The notes below the pieces were generated by a model. That model saw nothing but the letters and a program-made list of their open reading frames with translations. It was not told the origin of the DNA and did no database searches. A program made the position numbers and the translations under genes. This document shows positions 15,569-20,000 of a stretch of DNA of 20,000 bases, in pieces. Positions within the stretch are counted from its first letter, which is position 1. Every line of letters begins with the position of its first letter. The stretch lies in the IMG/VR virus record IMGVR_UViG_650716090_000002; one strand, 5' to 3'. Source of the stretch: an uncultured virus (IMG/VR IMGVR_UViG_650716090_000002). Taxonomy: Duplodnaviria > Heunggongvirae > Uroviricota > Caudoviricetes.

Positions 15569-15598
15569 ATTTGTTTCTCCTTAGCACTCCCCAGCGCT

Positions 15599-15853
15599 TT
15601 AATTTTTCATTAAGTGTAAAACTTCGTTAATGTCTGCTAAGCAATACATTTTGTCTTTACCCTGCTTTCTGCTTGGTAGTCCATACGATTCCATTTGTTT
15701 GATATACTGCCAAGAAAAGCCTTTAATCTCTTTTAATTCTTTTTGGTTGTACCAAATATTTGTGTCACGTTCAGCAATTGTTTCGATCGCTTTATCTGCA
15801 ATTTGTTTTGCAAGTGATTCAACTAAGTCATCAAAACTTTCTTGTAAGTTCAT
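15599..15853 (-). CDS. Excisionase-like / MerR-type HTH DNA-binding protein
   Basis: WYNQKELKEIKGFSWQYIKQMESYGLP..KMYCLADI pattern; position in the early lytic operon. Confidence 0.65.
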   Translation of the reverse strand: MNLQESFDDLVESLAKQIADKAIETIAERDTNIWYNQKELKEIKGFSWQYIKQMESYGLPSRKQGKDKMYCLADINEVLHLMKN

Positions 15854-15930
15854 TGATTAGTACCTCTCTTTCGTGGTATAATAGTGTTAATAAATTTTGT
15901 TTTGAGTCCGATAGCAGTCGGACTTTTTTT
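15853..15930 (+). ncRNA. Short antisense transcription unit opposite the leader of the xis-like gene
   Basis: TTGATT (15853-58), 18 bp, TATAAT (15877-82) with TG extension; terminator AGTCCGA-TAGCAG-TCGGACT-TTTTTT at 15905-15930. Confidence 0.6.
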
Positions 15931-15934
15931 GTTG

Positions 15935-16138
15935 TTATCTAAATTCGTCTAAACTTACCCCTAGTACATCGGCGATTTTAACCATTTTAGAAAAGCTAGG
16001 GTCGTGATATTTAATATTTTCAATGTTTCTACGACCTAATCCAGTTGCATTTCCAAGCGATTCCATTGAGTGATTCTTACGCTTCAAAATTTGCTTAAAT
16101 TTTTCCCAGTCAATCCCAAAATATTGTGTTTTTTTCAT
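15935..16138 (-). CDS. XRE/Cro-like HTH regulator (likely start MKKTQYF)
   Basis: SMESLGNATGLGRRNIENIK..PSFSKMVKIADVLGVSLDEF; AAGGA RBS. Confidence 0.85.
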   Translation of the reverse strand: MKKTQYFGIDWEKFKQILKRKNHSMESLGNATGLGRRNIENIKYHDPSFSKMVKIADVLGVSLDEFR

Positions 16139-16261
16139 ATATATTCCTTGTCTAACCACTATATATAGTGGTATAATATTTTTATGATTAATCGATTGAA
16201 TAAGACCTCTTAACTCCTTATGCAAATCGCACAGTCAAATATTTTAGAAAGGAGAAAAAAT

Positions 16262-16477
16262 ATGCCTTTTTACATTTGTAATAAATTAGCAGATGACAAG
16301 AGTAGACATGAAGTTCACGAAAATACATGCTCTCATCTGCCTCTTAAAATAAACCAGATTGAAATTGGTTTTAAAAATAATTGTCAAGAAGCTATTCGTC
16401 AAATGTACGAATGGAATCCAAGTGGTTATAAATTTGATGGTTGTTGGTATTGTTGTCGTCCTTGCAATCATGGATAA
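16262..16477 (+). CDS. Small His/Cys-rich putative metal-binding protein, counter-oriented
   Basis: AAAGGAG RBS; HEVHxxxC and DGCWYCCRPCNH motifs; own TGGTATAAT at about 16169-16177. Confidence 0.8.
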   Translation: MPFYICNKLADDKSRHEVHENTCSHLPLKINQIEIGFKNNCQEAIRQMYEWNPSGYKFDGCWYCCRPCNHG

Positions 16478-16793
16478 TCTTATCAATCTCAATTGAAGAT
16501 TTTGAATGCAATTCATTTATCAGCATACTATCCAAGTATTCAACGACAATTTTTAATCTAGTATTCTCTCTTTTGAGTGCTAGATTCTCTGTTTTTATGA
16601 CATCATTTTCTTTCATAAAATTACCTTGCATCTGATTAGATATGCTATTTAGTCGAGCTGGCATTTCTGTTAAATCATCAGGATTTATAGCTTTAGCCAA
16701 TTCATCAGAATCTATCGTTAAATCGATAGGTTCTTTTAATTCAGCTAGGATTTCTTTGAGCAAATCTCGTATTTCTTTTAGTAGTTTATTCAT
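16392..16793 (-). CDS. Hypothetical coiled-coil protein; 3' end overlaps the counter-oriented gene
   Basis: AAAGGAG RBS; ORF track. Confidence 0.7.
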   Translation of the reverse strand: MNKLLKEIRDLLKEILAELKEPIDLTIDSDELAKAINPDDLTEMPARLNSISNQMQGNFMKENDVIKTENLALKRENTRLKIVVEYLDSMLINELHSKSSIEIDKIIHDCKDDNNTNNHQIYNHLDSIRTFDE

Positions 16794-16805
16794 GTTCTTT
16801 CTCCT

Positions 16806-16991
16806 TTATGCAATTTCATCAACGAGTTCATTAACGAGCTCGTTTTTCTTATCGACTAATTCACGAAACTTGGCTTTAAAGATTTCTTTGCCGAATTTAT
16901 CCTGACAATAGTTTTCAAATAAACTATCAATGTTTTGGATATGTGTTTCAAGAATTGCTGAGTAAGCTTCAAATTGTTCTGTTTAGTTCAT
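16806..16991 (-). pseudogene. 61-codon ORF with a premature TAA at codon 3
   Basis: AGAAAGGA RBS, then ATG AAC TAA followed by 58 open codons (TEQFEAYSAILETHIQ...VDEIA) ending next to the downstream RBS. Confidence 0.7.
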
Positions 16992-17003
16992 GATCATTCC
17001 TTT

Positions 17004-17732
17004 CTAAGCTAGGCGCTTCTGGCCTAGAAACTTGTTGATAAAGTATTGTTGCCCTTTACCAGTTACTTTTGGTGTTTTGTTAATACTGATATGACCGTCT
17101 GCGTGTTGGATATTGGTTTCTTTAATTTCAAACAACTTTAATTCCATTGATTTTTGAGTTGGCATATTCCAACTGCTACTTTTGCGATTGATCAGATAGC
17201 CATTTTCTCGCAACCAGCTAAATAACCGATTAGCACCAATTTTGTAGCCATTTTGACTAATCAACTTTGCTAAGTCTCCTACTAAAATAGATGTGTGACT
17301 TGCGCTTACTGCGTCTGCGAAGATTACTTTTGGCTTATCTGCTTCAATTTGCGCCTGTAACGTATGGACCTTCTTATCAGCCATAAGCAAAGCTCGTGCC
17401 ATGATTTTCTCAGGGCTGTTAAAGTCCTTTTCAACTTGAATGAAGTATTTGCGGACTTCTTTGCCTTTGTCAGTTCTTGACATCATCGCTAATTGCTTAG
17501 CCATATCAATTGTTAAAGCAAAATCATCTAGGTATTGGATGTTTCCATTTCCTCCGATAACGGGTGTACCTTTAGGTACGCTTGTAAATTCTTCATTTTC
17601 GATAAACAATTTTGAATTTTGGTCAAACCAAGCACTAAATCGTTTTGAGATTTCAAGCCCTTTATGCAAGTCTCTTGCACTTACGACTGGTTCGTGATTT
17701 TCGTTTAGTGTGATGTTAATAAGTTCGTTCAT
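17004..17732 (-). CDS. Phage antirepressor (AntA/AntB N-domain + KilAC/ANT C-domain)
   Basis: VSARDLHKGL, DMAKQLAMM, KPKVIFADAV and TPKVTGKGQQYFINKF motifs; AGAAAGG RBS before ATG 17732. Confidence 0.93.
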   Translation of the reverse strand: MNELINITLNENHEPVVSARDLHKGLEISKRFSAWFDQNSKLFIENEEFTSVPKGTPVIGGNGNIQYLDDFALTIDMAKQLAMMSRTDKGKEVRKYFIQVEKDFNSPEKIMARALLMADKKVHTLQAQIEADKPKVIFADAVSASHTSILVGDLAKLISQNGYKIGANRLFSWLRENGYLINRKSSSWNMPTQKSMELKLFEIKETNIQHADGHISINKTPKVTGKGQQYFINKFLGQKRLA

Positions 17733-17743
17733 ATAATGCCTTT

Positions 17744-17971
17744 CTATTTTTGGAGTTGTTTCAGTTTCCATTTTGGTGACTTTCTGGGTAAAAAAATTTG
17801 TGACAATGGCAGTTCAAAATATTTAGCGATTTCAAACATCTCATCTTGTGTAAATTGAGCTTTACCAAGTTCTTTTTGTCCATATTGATTCTTGCTAATA
17901 TGAATAATATCTGCCATATCTTCTTGAGATAGCTTCTTTTCTTTTCGCAATTTATATAGTAATGCTTGCAT
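17744..17971 (-). CDS. cro: Cro-like XRE repressor
   Basis: LRKEKKLSQEDMADIIHISKNQYGQKELG HTH; AAAGGAGGT RBS; divergent from cI. Confidence 0.85.
   Translation of the reverse strand: MQALLYKLRKEKKLSQEDMADIIHISKNQYGQKELGKAQFTQDEMFEIAKYFELPLSQIFLPRKSPKWKLKQLQK
17765..17779. promoter_or_regulatory. Probable distal repressor operator
   Basis: TTTCCATTTTGGTGA, 14/15 identical to 18700-18714. Confidence 0.55.
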
Positions 17972-18023
17972 CCAATACCTCCTTTCTGTGGTATAATTTA
18001 AATAAAAATGTTGAGGTGGAAAT

Positions 18024-18407
18024 ATGAAACTGAATTATGATTGTATCCGTGACATACTACTAACAGTTGAATCTTTAGATAGAATTGATTCTAGTGTTTA
18101 TTTAGATGATTATAAAAAATATAAATTACTGGAAAAATATTCTAACGATGAAATTCAATATCATTCAATAAAATTAATTCAAGAAGAATATGTTCAGGGA
18201 TTAAAAGTATCTGGAAGCGATATTACTAACGCCATTTTCATGGAAGATTTGACTTGGAAGGGGCATGAGCTACTAAATGATATTCGCTCTGAATCTGTAT
18301 TTAAAGAGACCAAAACTAAAGTAATAAATTCAATCGGTACCGTATCGCTTTCTATTTTTCAACAATTAGCAGTTGACATTGCGATGAAAACACTCGGTCT
18401 AAAATAA
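18024..18407 (+). CDS. DUF2513-family protein
   Basis: MKLNYDCIRDILL ... DLTWKGHELLNDIRS signature; TGGTATAAT at about 17989-17997; GAGGTGG RBS. Confidence 0.85.
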   Translation: MKLNYDCIRDILLTVESLDRIDSSVYLDDYKKYKLLEKYSNDEIQYHSIKLIQEEYVQGLKVSGSDITNAIFMEDLTWKGHELLNDIRSESVFKETKTKVINSIGTVSLSIFQQLAVDIAMKTLGLK

Positions 18408-18563
18408 TTTTATTTCTACTCCACTAACTAAAGCGTAAGCGTTTTGTTTATACTTTTTGAATTCTTCTAAATTAAATGATTTGATAGCTAAATTAATAGC
18501 ATTGCACTCAAAAAGATAAATGTTATCATTATTGTTTTTATAATAAACGATAATTTCTTTCAT
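18399..18563 (-). CDS. Small hypothetical protein, 54 aa (MKEIIVYYKNNNDNIYLFECN...), first ORF after the lytic promoter
   Basis: Translated by hand; AAAGGAG RBS at 18580-18574. Confidence 0.55.
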   Translation of the reverse strand: MKEIIVYYKNNNDNIYLFECNAINLAIKSFNLEEFKKYKQNAYALVSGVEIKLF

Positions 18564-18583
18564 AACATTTCCACTCCTTTCCT

Positions 18584-18605
18584 ACTCCCTAATGGGAGTT
18601 TTTTT
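18584..18605 (+). terminator. Intrinsic terminator for the DUF2513 transcript
   Basis: ACTCCC-TAAT-GGGAGT followed by a T run. Confidence 0.7.
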
Positions 18606-18643
18606 ATTAGCATTAAGATTTTGTAATCCTTAAGCTTGATTAT

Positions 18644-18728
18644 AGTATATCACCGTTTTGGTGACCAGTCAATAAAAAAATGTCTTTTTACAAAAAAAGT
18701 TTCCTTTTTGGTGATTTAATGTTATAAT
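18644..18728. promoter_or_regulatory. Lysis/lysogeny switch: divergent promoters with operators
   Basis: Leftward TTGACT (18672-67), 17 bp, TATACT (18649-44) with palindrome TCACC-GTTTT-GGTGA (18650-64) in the spacer. Rightward TG-T-TATAAT (18720-28) with variant operator TTTCCTTTTTGGTGA (18700-14). Confidence 0.8.
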
Positions 18729-18759
18729 AATTTCAATTAATATATAGGAGGAAATAATT

Positions 18760-19503
18760 TTGGAACTAAATAAATTCGTTGGCTCAAAAATAAAAGAATT
18801 CAGATTAGAGAAAAAATTGACCCAATCACAGCTTGCCGACATACTCGAAACCACTAAACAAACTATTAGTAGATATGAAAAAGGAGACAGAAAAGTAAGT
18901 CAAGATACCTTATTTGATTTAACGGAACTATTTGGGAAGTCTATCGATGATTTTTTCCCTCAAACCACTACTAAACACGAACTAAAAATTCCAACTTCTC
19001 CTCTCGTAAATAAAATTACAAATAAAGTTGTAGAACTTAACGTCCCAAGAAAACAAAAAGTTTTAGATTTTGCAACAAACCAATTAAAAGAGCAAAATAA
19101 TAAGATTACTTCAATTAAAGAACATTTATACGAGTACAAAGTATATGAAAAACTATCAGCTGGAACTGGATATGGTTACTTTGGCGATGGAAATTATGAC
19201 ACTGTTTTCTATGACGAAAAAATGGACTATGACTTCGCCTCTTGGGTATTTGGTGATTCAATGGAGCCGGCTTATCTAAATGGTGAGGTTGTCTTAATTA
19301 AACAAACAGGATTCGATTACGATGGCGGAATTTATGCAGTTGAGTGGGATGGACAAACGTATATCAAAAAGGTTTATCGTGAAGAAAACGGATTGCGTTT
19401 AGTATCATTAAATAAAAAATACAATGATAAGTTTGCATCTTTTGATGAAGACCCTCGTATTATTGGAAAGATAGTCGGCAATTTTATGCCGAAGGATTAT
19501 TAA
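18760..19503 (+). CDS. cI: CI-like repressor (XRE HTH + S24 autopeptidase)
   Basis: N-terminal HTH; SAG cleavage site, GDSM serine and YIKK lysine; AGGAGG RBS with TTG start. Confidence 0.93.
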   Translation: MELNKFVGSKIKEFRLEKKLTQSQLADILETTKQTISRYEKGDRKVSQDTLFDLTELFGKSIDDFFPQTTTKHELKIPTSPLVNKITNKVVELNVPRKQKVLDFATNQLKEQNNKITSIKEHLYEYKVYEKLSAGTGYGYFGDGNYDTVFYDEKMDYDFASWVFGDSMEPAYLNGEVVLIKQTGFDYDGGIYAVEWDGQTYIKKVYREENGLRLVSLNKKYNDKFASFDEDPRIIGKIVGNFMPKDY

Positions 19504-19504
19504 A

Positions 19505-19529
19505 AACCATTTGTGACGAGCAAATGGTT
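19505..19529 (+). terminator. Hairpin after cI
   Basis: AACCATTTG-TGACGAG-CAAATGGTT; weak U tract. Confidence 0.45.
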
Positions 19530-19571
19530 GTAAATGAGTTTAAAAATTTAATATAAATAAGGAGATTTATT

Positions 19572-20000
19572 ATGAAAAAATTATCACTACTTGCTACTAC
19601 TTTAGTTATTTTTACGCTTGTCGGTTGTTCGAATGATAGAAATAAAGAAACAAAAGTTAACAATGAACAAAAAACGGTTAAAAAAGCAACTAAAACAAAA
19701 AACGTCCCTCACAAATTATCTGACTTTAAAACAGCTTTAGAAAATGAAGGATTACAAGTTACAGAACAAGAAAAGTCATCTGCGATTGTCCAAGCTGATG
19801 AAGGAATAGGATACGTTCTTGATGACGGTAGTTCAGTTGAAATTTATAAATACAAAAATGGGGAAACATTTAATGAAGTGAAAAAAGATAAAGAATTACT
19901 TGGAAATCCCGTTAAAATCTTTGGAAATTTCGTTGTAATGATAGTTAATGAGACGAGTCATCAGACTGATATTGATAAAGCTTTAGAAAAATTTAAATAA
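19572..20000 (+). CDS. Lipoprotein in the lysogeny module; superinfection-exclusion candidate
   Basis: MKK + hydrophobic core + LVGC lipobox; AAGGAG RBS; immediately downstream of cI. Confidence 0.8.
   Translation: MKKLSLLATTLVIFTLVGCSNDRNKETKVNNEQKTVKKATKTKNVPHKLSDFKTALENEGLQVTEQEKSSAIVQADEGIGYVLDDGSSVEIYKYKNGETFNEVKKDKELLGNPVKIFGNFVVMIVNETSHQTDIDKALEKFK

Noticed and set aside
285..15584. Plus-strand ORFs opposite phage genes (e.g. 285, 2138, 3430, 4610, 7780, 12210, 12931)
   Set aside because: Antisense shadows of well-supported minus-strand genes; no RBS and atypical Ser/Phe/Leu-rich composition
16286..16516. 76-aa minus-strand ORF
   Set aside because: Shadow of the Cys-rich plus-strand gene and overlaps 16392-16793; no RBS
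18669..18854. 61-aa minus-strand ORF
   Set aside because: Antisense to cI and spans the promoter region

Overview
AT-rich temperate siphophage (prophage) segment; gene content and RBS usage suggest a Streptococcus-type host (inference). Most genes read leftward. From right to left: lipoprotein and CI repressor (+ strand), genetic switch, cro, antirepressor, DnaD-type replication initiator with internal repeats, RecT plus PD-(D/E)XK exonuclease, RusA, a mosaic of small ORFs with repeated junction sequences, ArpU late regulator, terminase small and large subunits, portal, head-morphogenesis protein and small ORFs. The standout feature is a ~650-nt ORF-free stretch between arpU and terS (minus strand, ~5634 to 4978). 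It has its own promoter and terminator, is densely base-paired with several loop-to-distal-strand complementarities, and contains three tRNA-like acceptor-stem/T-arm modules that are not canonical tRNAs. A fourth such module sits in a second structured region upstream of arpU. Also seen: a probable non-AUG (ATA) start for terS, a frameshift in the initiator tail, a nonsense pseudogene, a pseudoknotted rusA leader and two short antisense transcription units. All structures were folded by eye; no searches were run.
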